DNA of 33,668 nt, from contig KZ538058.1 of the NCBI GenBank assembly GCA_000934665.2, positions 124,001 to 157,668 of the forward strand, read 5' to 3'. This document shows, piece after piece, positions 11,111 through 24,402 of the stretch. The stretch's first letter is position 1; the number at the start of each line of letters is the position of its first letter. The notes below the pieces were generated by a model. The model made no database searches, was not told the DNA's origin, and worked only from the letters and a program-made list of their open reading frames with translations. This DNA is from Catajapyx aquilonaris (lineage: Eukaryota). Position numbers and translations under genes: made by a program.

Positions 11111-14100
11111 CTAAAACTTGTTGAAGTACGGGACGACGAATCCATTGAACGCTTTGTCAGCAGCCTCGGTCAGCTTGTCCCTCAGATTCTTGTCTCTCAA
11201 CAGGTTGACAACCTCGAGGGACACCTGCGCAGCCATCTTGGCATACAGCCTCTCCCTAGCATACTCCGGGAGGTCCTCCTTCCGAAGGAACTTCTTGTTG
11301 AAGGCCACGTTCACATCTTGGCTGTACACCTGATCCAGCCGGAGGTCCACCAGAGAGGCCATACCATGACGCTCCTGAGATTGTTAGGAAAGAGGATTTG
11401 GTTATTGCGTATGTATAGGTACACACGAGGTACTCACTGTGAATCTGAGTTCAGCTTCCAGCTCATCAATGGTGGCCAGGATGTCCCTTTTCTGCGGGTC
11501 GGCTGAAGCGTTGAGGGTGAACTCGATTGGTCCAAGCATCAGATTGGCCATAATCACAGCATCCCTTGCTGTCAGCTGGACATTCACATCACCTGAACGT
11601 TGGAACCGCTTCAGGCCAGTCATCACAGCATTGGTGAAAGGCTCTCTGCAATGTCGAGTTAAACAAGTCAGTTCATGCCTATTTTTGTTGTTAATCAACA
11701 AACTCACTCTGCTTCTTCTCCAGATTCATCTGATGAGTAAGCAAGAGCTGGGAAGTCATACTCCTGCGATTCCTCCACTTCTTTGCGCCTCCCTCTAGAG
11801 AGAAAAAAAAGTATCTGGTTACAACAACTGCACTTGAGGGACTCCAGCGTTTTGAATTGCAAGTGTTTTTCCAGTTCGGATTATTTAAGAGGAAGGGTTA
11901 TAAGTCTCTGATGGGAAAGACTCTCAAGCTGCGGAAAACTCCTGTAAGAAAGATGGGCTTTTCCGTCCGTCGAGGGGGGTCCTTGCGCTGACAGAGCTCA
12001 TTTATCAGGGGGCGATCGAGCGTAAAATTTGCCTCCCAACTCTCAAGAGTTGTTAATAGCAAAAGCACAGAAAACTTTTTTCAGAAAGTACTTTGGTCTT
12101 AAAATACACTTGATGTGGATCGAGTGCATGTCAAGAGAACTCTCGCCCCCAACAAAATGAAGTTCTGTATAGGTACAGGATGTACTGAAGTTAAATACCA
12201 ATTTCACTTGGATACCAATACCAAGTTGTGGTAAATAGCTCACTTGATTGATGATGATGATGATGATGAACTCTTTGCTTTCGTCAAGTTCTTGGCCAGT
12301 TCTTCCAGGTTGGATTCTTCTTCTGAGTCCTCCTCGCTTTCTACTGGCCGCAGCTTGATGCTCTCCTTCTTCTCATCTTTATTGGCTTTCTCTGTACCTG
12401 AAGGGCAGACTCTTGTTAATTAATTAAGGAGATGATTAAGGCTCGGTGAATGTACCTGTGTCGTCTTCCCTGTTGTTGTGCGGTTCCCTTGATGATTCCA
12501 GGGGAGAGAGCAGGGTGAATGAAGGAAGAAGGTCCAGGAGACGCCAGTTGAGGCTAGGAGGCGACGCTGGTTCAGCCTCGTCGTCCTCTGAGGTCATGAC
12601 CCTGACCAATTTGGGCTCGTAGGCTTTCCCCAGGCCTTGTCCGGGTCTCCGGAAAGGCCTGACGGACAAGTGAGCCGGTACCATCACGGGTCCTTCCGGA
12701 GTTCCACTGTAAAGCGAATGGGACACAAGAATAATGTAACTGTTAGTCGCATGAAATAATATTCACGAATTACTCACTGGATGAGGAATTCAATGGGATC
12801 GGCTGTTTTGGCAATTTCGACTTCCAATCTTGCCAAATAATTGTCAACAAAGTTGTTGTAGAGGGCTATGACGGCGTTTGGTGCATCATACGGCAATTTC
12901 CTTATGTTGATTGGCGCTCCTGGAAATATTAACAATACACTTTGATCTTCATTATCATTAGGTACTTATTTCTTGAAGTGTAACACTAGCATCCATGTTG
13001 GCCATGTGATTCATACGTAAGCCAATATTATTTTGAAGTCATTTTGCATATGCATGTGGTATTTATCCCGGACTCTCAGCCATCCGCATTACTCTCATGC
13101 TGAAGGAAACGCATGATTATTAGGATAAATATGTCATCAGGCAATATTTTGATACGGTCTGCTTGAATTACACCTCGGAAATGAGTGGGTTTCTATATAG
13201 TTTTGCGCATGGTGTGTCTGTGTGCCCACACTGGATCATATGTATAAAGTTCATCCGATGGAAACTACTGCAGGAATAATATGATCAAACACGTATTTGA
13301 AAGCAAAATTGAACGCCCGAAGGCATCCTATGGTATACAGCAGCAGTATACGCTGAATATTAATGCCGGGTATGTTTAGCATTTGAAATAAATTATTTTC
13401 ATCTCGGCGATACTTTTTTTTTTTTTGGCTTTTTAAAAACTTTTCTTGTGGCCAGTATGTGTATACTGTAAAGGACGAATAATTTGCTTTCATTAGGGGT
13501 TACCTGCTTTAATTATTTAAACTGTATCACACTCTGTTTCAAAATCACTTTTAAGGCTACATTGTTAAATAATATTATTTCTGAGCGAGTGACACGATAC
13601 TGTCCAGTTACTAGGTGTTTCAACTTGAATAAAATTGCGGTACCTTATTTTGTTGGAGCATCACGCATGGCTGCCATGACACGTTAGTACGGTTCCAATT
13701 ATTTAAGTTGCATTGTAATGTGAGAATATGTTTTCACCCTGTTACTGTTCATGTGCTGTACAGCTGCATGGGACCATGGTGGGAGTTACTATGTAAATTT
13801 TTATACGGGATTCTTTTGAATCTATTTTGGCCTTTACCCTCACGGTGTACTCTTTCCGGATAGTTAATAGTACTGTACATATGAATTGCTTTTCGCAAAG
13901 TTTTTCGAGACTCTCCTATGGAGCACTGAAAACACTCAAATTTTCCTGATACGTTCCCGGGAATATTACAGCTTCCAATTGAACTCATATGATCTGCACC
14001 TCACTCCGGGTGTCTCTCCGAATGATGATTACAAGACACTGTATTATTAGATCCCTGCTGTTACATTTGAGGCCCCGGGGCCATCACCCCCATAACATGT

Positions 14101-15838
14101 GAAAGGATGTTGTTAAGCCTCTATCTCCTGATATCCCGTCGATTGCCTTTCATTTCCTCCGTATCCTCCTTCCACATCACAAATGCTTCTGAGAGAGAAA
14201 TGAATGACACTGATGAAACCACGCGAGTCCCATTTCGATTGCGAAAAGGTGGAATTTCTATAATATAAAAGTGAGTTGCTGCCAAAGGCTTTTTGGTATT
14301 TCATTACCGGACTTCTCCTCATACCCAGGTCGACAGCCGGACGAATGAGAAGTCCTACTGTGATATTCGGAATTTGCATGGTGTTATGCAAAAAAAAAAA
14401 AAGTCTCACATATCATGCAATGTTGAACAATTAATATGTATAGTGCAAATAGGGTGCGAAATTGCACCAGATCTTTTTGTGTTAATGTATATGATCAACA
14501 TTGTATTAAGCTGCTAAATAAAGCGTTAATTTGGATAATTTTGTTATAGGTAATATTTTCGTATGACTATCTTTCAGGTAATTATCATCACAATGTTAAG
14601 CTTATATAGCGTAATAAGCTGTGAGAGATCTTTAACTTCCGGAGACTGATGAGAAGAGGATTTCGCATGTTTCGTACTGCGGCTATTGCGTGGGTTGTCT
14701 GAGAGTTTCCCTGTTCCTAACAAAACACCTCGAGGCATAGTCTCCAGTGTTATAAGTCACGCTCTGAAGGATATAACTCCAACTAGCCGTTAAAACGCAT
14801 TAGTTCGGGTTCGGAAGCAGTCATTTACTATTCCAGTGAGGGTCGGACATGTGCTCTATTTCTCAAAATAACGCATGCAAATTATTAGACGCCTGCATGA
14901 CGCAACATTTCTTTTGTAAGTGTGACAAATTGGGTTTCCATGCCGGACAAAGATTCAATAGCGTAGGAAGAGAGCCAAGTTAGCAGTCGCCAGTGTATGG
15001 TTTGGATCGATGCTTCAATGCAATAACACTCCCTTGTATCGTGTGTGTAGGATGATGGGCTTTTTTGGGAGGCACAGTTAGGCCAGCAGCCCCCGCATTC
15101 ATGTAAACAATCTGTTGTTGAGGATGGCAGTCATGTCCACCCAAGGCTTTTGTTCGTTAAAAAAAATATCCCATACAATCTATAGGGAGATAGGAGACTG
15201 TATGTATGGAACTATAGAGCTATCACAGGTCGGACTATTGCGCTTTTTTTGTCAACATTATCCCCTGCTCAGTATCGGAAAAATTCGTTGTCAAACATCT
15301 CGGCTGAACGCTCTACTATAGTTTAATCAGCTGATTTGGTCTTCGTGATGCAGACAGTTCTGTTACTTTGGATCGGTATACAACTGAAGATGCGAAATGC
15401 GGAATGATCGGAATCGCATTCTTGTCAAAATTGAGTTACATCTTGCGTAACGTAGTACTCCAGAAGTATTTGATGACTGTCAAAAAAATATCTGGCACTA
15501 CTTTGAGAAAATATTTCGTACAAGACGCATGTATGTATGTACTAATTTAACTAGTACTTTATTACACCATATGCGACGGAATAAATAACGTATGATTGTT
15601 TGTAATAATGGATGTTATTGTAGGAGGCTACCAGAAAATAATGAACAATGAAAAATAAATAGAACATTTCTCTGCCTGTATAGTGTCAATATTATTCAGA
15701 TGTTTCGCCTAGCTGTTGCAGAGTTTCCGGAAAGCAGAGCTTATTTAGTATAGAATGAATGACCACATTACCTTTGCGAGCGTCCAGAATGGCGATTGAT
15801 TGAAGCAGCATCAAAAGCGTAACGCAGAATAGACGCAT
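11111..15838 (-). CDS. Secreted protein, Der p 7 / group-7 mite allergen-like (TULIP-type lipid-binding fold), with a long acidic/Ser-rich insertion; 7 coding exons, 390 aa
   Basis: Minus-strand exons with GT-AG sites and matching phases: 15838-15772 (signal peptide MRLFCVTLLMLLQSIAILDARK), 12919-12778 (NNFVDNYLARLEVEIAKTADPIEF), 12706-12456, 12397-12244, 11794-11708, 11645-11438 (AVMTGLKRFQRSGDVNVQLTARDAVIMANLMLGPIEF), 11374-11111 (TAG); total 1173 nt. The gene structure is strong. The family call rests on recalled motifs (N-terminal N.[YF]VD..L....DP helix, GL....R.GD strand, C-terminal long helix) and is moderate. Confidence 0.75.
12249..12269. repeat. (TGA)n microsatellite encoding poly-Ser in the minus-strand gene
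   Basis: The tgatgatga... run reads TCA TCA... (Ser) in frame in exon 12397-12244. Confidence 0.8.
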
Positions 15839-18800
15839 TTTTGTGATTCTGAAAAAGGAAAAGGAAAAAAGAAGAGAAGAGCTGAATCCCATTTTTTCAG
15901 GATGGAACACAGGCAATATAAAAGGCAGTGTCGAGATCGCTTTGCATCTGATCAAGTGGCACGCACTCACATGAGAAGAGATCAAAGTGGAATTATTCAT
16001 AGGCAAGAGTGAAACTCACAGGTCGGCCAGCGTGCAACTTCACTTTAAATATTAATGGCTCGATTTAATTTCGAATTAATATTTTGAGGTAAAAGTTACA
16101 TGAAACGCGGCTCTGTGTAGTTACTTACTAGTACAATCTAGTTAAAGATATTTTCTAATAAGTTACAGGTACGGTATATTGTGGGTGTCTGTTTTGTCAC
16201 CACTGATGTTTTGTTCTCCAATAGTCAACTAGTAATGATCTGAGGTTACGAAACAAGTCTCAGCGACGCACTTCAAAGGTGTCTATTTGGGATACATTTC
16301 CCGTTATCTTGGCCCACATAATAACAGGCTCCCGTCACGTATTACAATACGGGTCACCGAAAAAGCATAACTAGAAACAAACCCTACAAGTTTACGTAAT
16401 TAGCCGCTCCGCAATGTGTCTATAACTAATAATATTTGTATAGAGTTCACTGAGTCGTATTCAAAGCATTCATCCGATCTGATGAAAGCAATGGGTGTGA
16501 AGCATGCAAATTAAACGGGCAGGAGCGCAAAGCATTTAATTATAAAGTGGTTTGCTTCCCCCCCTTACCCCGCCCCCACTTTCATTTGACACTATATATG
16601 CACAAGAGGGGGGAAAAAATTCATACTTGCGTGCACTGGATAACACCTCTCTGGAGAACAGACCAGCTCAGACTAATGAGATCTTTAGAGCTGGACACTA
16701 AGTTCACGCCGAGTAGCGGGATTTTTCTTCCTTCAAAACTTTTGCTTTCTGTTTTTTTCTTTTCCAGAGCACCGTTCCATCAAGCCCATTATTATTCTTG
16801 GTCAAAGTTAAGTTACCAGCTTTTCTCAAGCGTCGTCGTCGTCGTCTCTTCCGACCCCCCCAATTATTGCGAAAGATCTTGTCTGAAGAATGGTGATCAA
16901 ACTATATAGCTGGTCGGCAGAAGTTTCCAAGTTAACAAGCTGTGGGGGAGTTATTCCAAGAATGTAACATATATACGCAGCTGATTAGCCCTAATTGTTA
17001 CCCTGTTATAAGATCGAAACCTTGCGACCGGTTTCCCACCCTCCAATTATTCGTGTGCGAACAAGAGTGTGATTCGAACTGCCAAGAATCATAATGTTGC
17101 GATAATTAAACGCCTGCTTTAATCAGATTGGGTTCGCAAGATTTGGCGGAGAAATTGTCTAATCAGTTCAGTTTCTGGGATTGTGGCCCAGGATGAGTGG
17201 CGATTTAACTTTTGACCAGCTGAATGAGTATGAAGAGAAGGTGGGAAGGGATGCAGCAGGTTTCTTCCTGGGGCCTGGAGGCGGAACAACGTTCCAAGAA
17301 CCGCTGTACATCTCTCAGGTCGTTGACTTGAAGGCCTCCCTTGAAGACCGCCTTTTTTCCCACAGTGACGTCCCATCCCGCTCACCCTGTAATATATACA
17401 CAATTTTTTTTCTTCGAATTGCTGACAACAAAGTACGGTGGGAGTAAAAAAGAGGTCAAATGAGACTTACGAAACTGGGTTACGCTTAAGACGTATTGAG
17501 AATTTATTGTCATTTTTCTTACTGTGACTTATTGGCAGGTTGTAAACATATTTTCTAAAACTTATTGTGCTTTTGTGAATATTGACATGCGAATATTTTT
17601 TCACAAGATTCTTTGGCGTTGCCTGGCATATGATGCCTGCGCAGTGCTTTTCTCGAGATCAAATATTTGCAAATAGGAATGCTATTCATGTTATACCAAG
17701 ACTTGAAATGGAGTTTTGACATTAATATTTAATAATATGAATAGGCACATTAGTTATTTATACAATCTTCATGTATCATACCGTCATAAGCCATGAAAAT
17801 AGGCTATACCAGCGTGGGATTTTGCTGGAAATGCTTAATAATCCTGCTAAGCTATAAGCTGAACTTTGTAATTCAGATACAATGCGCTTTTGCACCGATT
17901 ATTGTGGGGGCCTGCGCGAAAAATATGTCATCTTGCTAACTATCCGCTGAATCGGTTTATCCTTGCGATAAAACAATCATTTCATATGCAAACAATAATA
18001 ACCTGGTGAGTTAGGAAATGATGTGTCCCGCAGCATTAGAATTTAATTACGAGTTTTTTGAAAATCCGGCGTTAGATGACTCACCATAATTTAGAATGGC
18101 GGGGATTACCTTTTTGACAAGCTTGCCCAAAGTAGGATTTATTGTGTCAGGAGCAACGTTCAATCAGGTACCTTACATGCAAATTTTCAACTCATATGGC
18201 ACTGCTGGTGTGGTTTATTTCTCACGCCCTCGGATAAAATGATCACACGTGAAGAAAAGACCTTCGATATACTCTATAATGACCTCAAGAGGATTAATTC
18301 AGTGAACCTTTTACGTCATTGGGTCCATGCACCAGCTCCTTATATGCCAAATTAAGTTAGATTTTATGTCAAAGTTCATAACAGATCCATATGAAATTTT
18401 GTACAAATTGTGAAATCTGTAAAAAAATGCACACTTTCAAGCAAACTGTCTCGTGAGCTTAGTACAGGTTGTATGAACTTGAGTGACACGTTAACCCCGA
18501 ATCGGAGCGGTAAATGTTCATCCACTTTCGATTGACAAGTTGTCAGAAAGTGAATGGTTACGCAATTGCAGAAGTAATTAGGAAGAGATCGGAATTATAG
18601 AAGGATTCGGAAATATAGCGGGTCTATGGCAACGATGGCAATGAGGATGCAAGGGAATTGAATCCACTCTGCGGTGGCTTTGACCCGCTCAATTTTTTTC
18701 ATAAGTATTATTCGGATCATAATGACATTATATTGACGATTTTTTTTTCAGATTCTGTCATGTATAGACCTCGAGTAATAAAACTTTGCTTTTCGAATCT

Positions 18801-19299
18801 AAATATGCCCAGATAATATGGGGGCGTGGGTGACATTATCGTTTCATTCACTCCACTATTGGCCATAAAACAATTTGTCATCGAAGTTACCAAATATTTT
18901 ACGCATAAATGTGCGCAGGCATCACAATAATACCCTGCGTGTTTTCTAGTTGAATTACGACCCTTCAAAATCGAAATGAAAATGGCCCCGTTGAGAATTA
19001 TCGCCTCAAACTGTGTTTCGTTTTGCTGTCACGTAGATCTGCCGACCTTTATGAGCATTTGCGTGCAGTACATTTGTTCACGTAGGACAAAATTTTTGTC
19101 CCTATAAATTGCTATTGTGATTTGAATACAAATTTGTCGCTAGTGACTATAACACATTGCCCTTTTCGAATACCGTCAGCGTTGGCGTTAAGAAGCGGTT
19201 TTACGTCAAATGTTGAAAATTTTGACATCACGCAGGTGAGCTACTACTCTTGAAGGCTCGATCGTGGATTGGTCGGTGGTTGCCACCCACGTGCACGGA

Positions 19300-19390
19300 C
19301 GCGCGCTATTTAGGACGGTCCTAGCACCAGCAGTGGGGCCCATTAGAAACCACGCCCAACTTCAGACCACACTTCAGCTTCAGTCTTGGT
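19300..19390 (+). promoter_or_regulatory. Candidate AstC core promoter region
   Basis: GC-rich stretch with TATA-like TATTTAG (about 19307) and Inr-like TCAGTC (19380-19385), 130-210 nt upstream of the ATG. Spacing is not canonical; weak. Confidence 0.25.
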
Positions 19391-19513
19391 CCCAACACCA
19401 CTATACTCCAGAGAGACAGAGAGAGAAAAATCAACAGGTCTCTGGAAGATCGAAAACAACAGCCGAAGATTTATTAGATCCTGCCAGCCTCCAGGTTATT
19501 TTGTCCAGCAGCG

Positions 19514-21748
19514 ATGAAGAAGAGCGTCAACAGAGATGTGCTGGTGGTTGCGGCGCTTGTTATGGTCGCCGGGGTCATCTTGGGTCACAACCAGGTCGAG
19601 GCCAGGGCGGTCGCTCTCAACCACGACCTGCCCGATTTCGAAGCGGATGAGCTGGCCAAGAAGCCCATCAGTGAAGACGATGTGAGTTTTTAACATTATT
19701 GTCTGTTTATTGAACAATGGCTGCCATTATTACTATAGTTGAAGCCTGCGATATTTAGTCAAAACTGTACATAAATATTTTAAAATAATACCGACAAAAT
19801 ATCATTGTAAAAATTATTGAAATTGAAGCTTCGTATACAACAATAACATGAATTAGTACTTGTGCATTATCACTAATTACAAGTAATATAGGTTCTGACT
19901 GTGAGTGGTGTACATTTTTGGCTTGCTTGGCCCTACAAGTAGAAAGAAAATAATTAAGCATTACTAATTAAGTTGCTGGAGCGTGGCATTGTTGTGTGGG
20001 GAGGTTTATAATCAGGTGGCCATAAATATCGGGCATCTCTTACTTTCCTTATACTTGAGGATCTCTACCCGAATCAATATCTAATCAAAAAGTTTATGAT
20101 ATTTTTTAATTAATTGTTTTCTTATATTGAACTCATGATACGTATCCGACATCCAAAGTAGTTGCAGTCATATGCATGTACTTTGGATGCCGAGGACCAT
20201 CAGTATATAACTGAGACCACACCTTTGGCGCATATTTTTAGGGGGAGAATTTACCTTCCAATTATTGCAAATAGCATGAAATATTCTATTTGTTATTTTG
20301 TGGCGTTTAATCAAGTTCTCTGCTTGATACCATACACGCAACGAGCAGAACCGAGGTGGGGTGCACATTATTTTTGGGTTGCCCGCTGTTTTTTTTATCA
20401 TGGGCGTAAACCTTTTCATGCCTGGTGAGTGGTTAATGCTAATTGGTTCATATATCCAATAACGCGGAGAAAGGTTTGGAAATTTTAAAACTCTGCTTAT
20501 TGCACTAAAATGGGTCGTAATTTTAATGCTAATAATATGAATATCTAGAATTGGAATGAGTAGCTCACATTACTGAAAGTTACTTATAGATCCTTTGCTC
20601 TGATAGTATAGTTGAACAAAACTGCAAGATGTTGCAGTGTCTTATTGGAAACATTTAACTTCGTCACCTGTTTCTCATATAAAAGTTTATGATGTGATCT
20701 AATGACGCTGTTAAAAGCACGTTGCGTACTTCACAGAAATCCCAATAATTATTTCTCTCCATGATACTTTGGTGTCTTCAATGCTTGTGCGACGATGTAA
20801 TAAAAAAGTTTTAGGAAGGAACAATCAGGAAATTTTTGCTCACTTTCTTAAATATTATGATATTTGCCAGCTTACACGCAGGGATGGGCTGCAATTATCA
20901 ATTTCCTGTGATATGATGTCCTGATCATTTTTAAATATTCGAAACATTAACGGCTTAACTTCTCGATCCATATACCCTAAAAGTTATTAATAGTTAGCGA
21001 TGAAAGGTTGGCAATAAAATATGCATATTGCCCGAACAATGTTTAAGTTTTTCAATGAACCTTTTTCTCTTGTTGTCATCTCATCATCCCGCTTAAATAT
21101 GATTTCTGTCGATATTTATTGCGCCCTCTATATAGAAGCACTCTGAAGTGAAAAGTAATACTTCCCGTTAAGAAGATGACAGCCTCATCTCATTCTGGAC
21201 TGCTCCAGAGAAATAACACGACCCTTCACATTTGAGACAGCAATCAGTTGAGCAAGGCACCTGATAAAATTTCTCAATCTCCTGGAAATGGCCAGGATTC
21301 AGGCCTGTCGATACTCCAAGAGCTCTCGAGTGTGAAGGGAAACAGCCTCATCGATATGTAACGACTGATCATGACACTCTTGGTATAGATAAAAAGGCTT
21401 GAAAAAATGTTTCGCTCATTAACACCTGAGCAAGTACAGGGTGTTTCTAAAGGAGTTTCCTCACACCGTGACACTTGGGTCGTCTAACTCGTAGGATATT
21501 TTTAATGAGCAATTTAATCGGACATATATATTTTTTTCCTCCTGCAGAAACTGATGTTGATGAGACTCTTTATGGAGGAGCCTGAAGACGGCGGAGACAC
21601 TTATCTGTCACCCAGGATGGACTCATCCAACACAGTCCTGCGATTCCCACGGCTCAGAATCTCGGACTTCAAGCGTCCTTCCTCCAAACGCCAAATGATC
21701 TTTCACCCATGCTATTTCAACCCTGTCTCTTGCTTTCGTCGGAGGTAA
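19514..21748 (+). CDS. AstC: Allatostatin-C (PISCF-type) neuropeptide precursor, 122 aa; predicted mature peptide pQMIFHPCYFNPVSCF
   Basis: Exon 19514-19681 (MKKSVNRDVLVVAALVMVAGVILGHNQVEA signal peptide ... KKPISEDD|GTGAGT) joins in phase 0 to exon 21548-21748 (polypyrimidine-CAG|KLMLMRL...SKR-QMIFHPCYFNPVSCF-RRR*). The CYFNPxSCF disulfide ring flanked by KR and a basic C-terminus is the hallmark of arthropod AstC. Confidence 0.93.
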
Positions 21749-22041
21749 AAAGTGAGGAGGGAGATTTTTTTTTGAGGGGGTGGTTTGAGATGGAAAAAAA
21801 TTGAAAAGGGGACAGAATGAAGTTTGCTTCTTGCGATGCTTGACGGTGGACCTGCATGATTGATTGTTGTATTGAAAGAAGATCGGTTGGAATCGTCGGG
21901 TATGGTATCGGCTTTCATCTTTTTTCTTCAGGTCAATCTATATAGAGGCGAAGGCCGATTCTCGTAGATAATACTGTGGTCAATTTCAAGATTGTTTTTT
22001 TTTTCGTTTTTTTATGTCATTGTCGCTCTTTGATGTACTGT

Positions 22042-22047
22042 AATAAA
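22042..22047 (+). terminator. Candidate polyadenylation signal of AstC
   Basis: First AATAAA after the AstC stop codon, about 295 nt downstream. Confidence 0.45.
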
Positions 22048-22796
22048 CGAGAAAACCATATGAGTGTAACACTGATTTGGAGTCTGCTTGCTAATATATT
22101 TTCCACTCTTTAACTGCTCGTATTTTATGTCCTGTTGCAAAAAAAATGACGAAAATCCGCTGTTTTACAGTTCTATTATCGCATAATTTTTGTACCCTAT
22201 AGAGGATAAAATAAAAGTCGTCAGTATAATTTTTATCATTGTCTTTTCTAGCCAATTCTAAAGTGATTGTTATTATTTAAAAGGGTTTGTAAATCTGATG
22301 TTGATAAGAGAAAGAAAAATAAAGCTTCTGTCATATACTGTACGTAAGTTATATATTTTATTTTGCGTACAAGAGGGGAAATATCCTGCCACAGACCTCT
22401 TTGATGTTATAATACGCCGATAATTAATCCGATTGGCGAAGTACTTAAGTCTTAAGACATTACACAGTTTTCTGCGGGAACTGGATTATAGTTACGCCAT
22501 AATCTCACATTATAAATATTTCCAACAAAGGAAAGGTGAGTGGGTTTTCTTCCAGAGATTTTAAGAAAATTTTCAGCTTCATGTAAGTACAGTATACATT
22601 ACTGTGTCTAAGAAAGAGTGGCTGTAACCAGACTAGAAAATAAAGCAACTGGAAATTAAGATGAACGCTATCATAATGCAGTATTTCGGGAACAAAGGCC
22701 TAAGGATATCTCGATAAGACGTCAGAGATTACACTCTTTGTAAGTAACCACGCACAACTGATGTTTCATTTCAAATACTAAGTGCAATAAAAATAT

Positions 22797-22897
22797 AAAC
22801 TTAAATATCTCAAAAATATGACTGTAATCACTCTACAAGACTTCATCATGAAGTCTTGTAGAGTTATTACAGTCATATTTTTGAGATATTTAAGTTT
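22797..22897. repeat. Near-perfect 101-bp palindrome (50-bp arms, 1-nt spacer)
   Basis: 22797-22846 is the reverse complement of 22848-22897 with one mismatch. Confidence 0.92.
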
Positions 22898-24367
22898 GAA
22901 GTTTGAAGAGATTATACGTATTATGAGGTAAGAGGCCTAGTGTTTTCAAGGAAACATTTTCTAGCAGAATGTGATTTACCTAGAACAAAATCAAACACAT
23001 TTACTATTATGGACTGTATACTGTATGCGATTGTATAGGCCTACCTGTCAGAAGCGGGCTGTACATTACCACAATGTCAATCTCAATTTCGACTAAAATG
23101 TGACAATCCTCCTCCATATAGGCTCTTATTCACTTATGTGTCAGTCTTCTCCAATATGAAAAAACCGTTCTCTAGCTTTGGAGTTAACCGCCTTTCAAAA
23201 TTCAGCATATTTCCTGGGCCGATTTATTCTTGGCGTCTAATTCTAGCTGCAATAATTGACAAAAAATCGACGCCACTAGTTTTCTTTCTATGCATACCAT
23301 ACATCAACCTAAAATGGCACTCAACACTGCTATACGTGAATAATAATGGCAGCAGTGTATTTAACTCCTCACCAATTTTATTTCATGAATATTCAGCAAA
23401 TAGAAGGACCTTTCATGCAGTAATATGTCAAATGTTACTTCACTGCACACACGCGTGAACTGAATAATTTCGAAGAGGTGGGATTGCTGTCGAGTATCAT
23501 ATTACATCAATATCAAATAATACACTATCCAAATGGAGTAGAAGTTTTGTTGAACTAAAAGAAGTAGGCCGCGCCCTCAATATAAATGTCAAAGGATGTA
23601 TTTAAAAAAGCCGCAGTGTTCATGTCAGTTAAACCATCTCCTCAAATACTCTTCGGCGTTTGATATCGTCAAAGGAAAAAAAAACCTTTTACGTAAAGTT
23701 CAATAGGTTGCAACTTCTTTCACTGTACTGTAAATTGAACTATATAGTTACGGCATAAGTTTTAAGCATTTTAGAGAAAATAGGAGAGTTAATAGGATGT
23801 GAGTATATATGAGAAGTTAATGATAATAATGATTGGACATCATTCTTCACTGCATGCGTATCCTTCTTCTTTTGTGAAAGACAGATCATGCTAATTGACC
23901 TGTGCCAATTATTCCACCAACTCATATTCCAACGCGGTTTGTTTTAACGGCCATTATTTAACTTTTGCATGTTTACAATCTCATACAGTCGCAACACGTG
24001 CTAACTCCACTTATTCACCATTAGTACGCGGCGCAACAAATATTAAACCTTTACTTAACTGCTGAAACAAAGTCATCGTCCCTTTTTACATCACCTTGAA
24101 ATGCAATCGACAGTACCTCTGATATAGGCTATCAAAATAGTCATAATCGTCATGAAGCGGAAAGTTTAGCACGTGTCGCAATGCAACATAATTTTACAGG
24201 ATCAAAGTAGATCAATCTCCTGACGAGCTTGGTGCGTGTCAGGTGGTTTTCTCACTTGGGATTTTTGTTCAAGTGATAATGTTATGACTATCAGAGTACA
24301 GTAACAGGCACGGGTGTGGTGTAAATGAAGAATATGAAAGAGCATTGGACGACTGGAAATAATTTGG

Positions 24368-24402
24368 GTTTTGGAGCTTTTGGAGCTTTTGGAGCTTTTG
24401 GA
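24368..24402. repeat. Short tandem repeat (TTTTGGAGC)x3+
   Basis: Direct inspection. It produces the GAFGAFGAF and SKSSKS runs in the spurious ORFs here. Confidence 0.7.

Noticed and set aside
11036..11798. + strand ORFs of 156 and 119 aa
   Set aside because: Antisense shadows of the minus-strand gene's exons.
17205..17388. Minus-strand frame starting xGG-TGA-GCG (possible selenocysteine exon)
   Set aside because: No recognisable selenoprotein motif, upstream exon or SECIS element.
21274..21360. Possible extra AstC exon (GNGQDSGLSILQELSS...)
   Set aside because: No good acceptor and incompatible phase; the two-exon model is already in frame.
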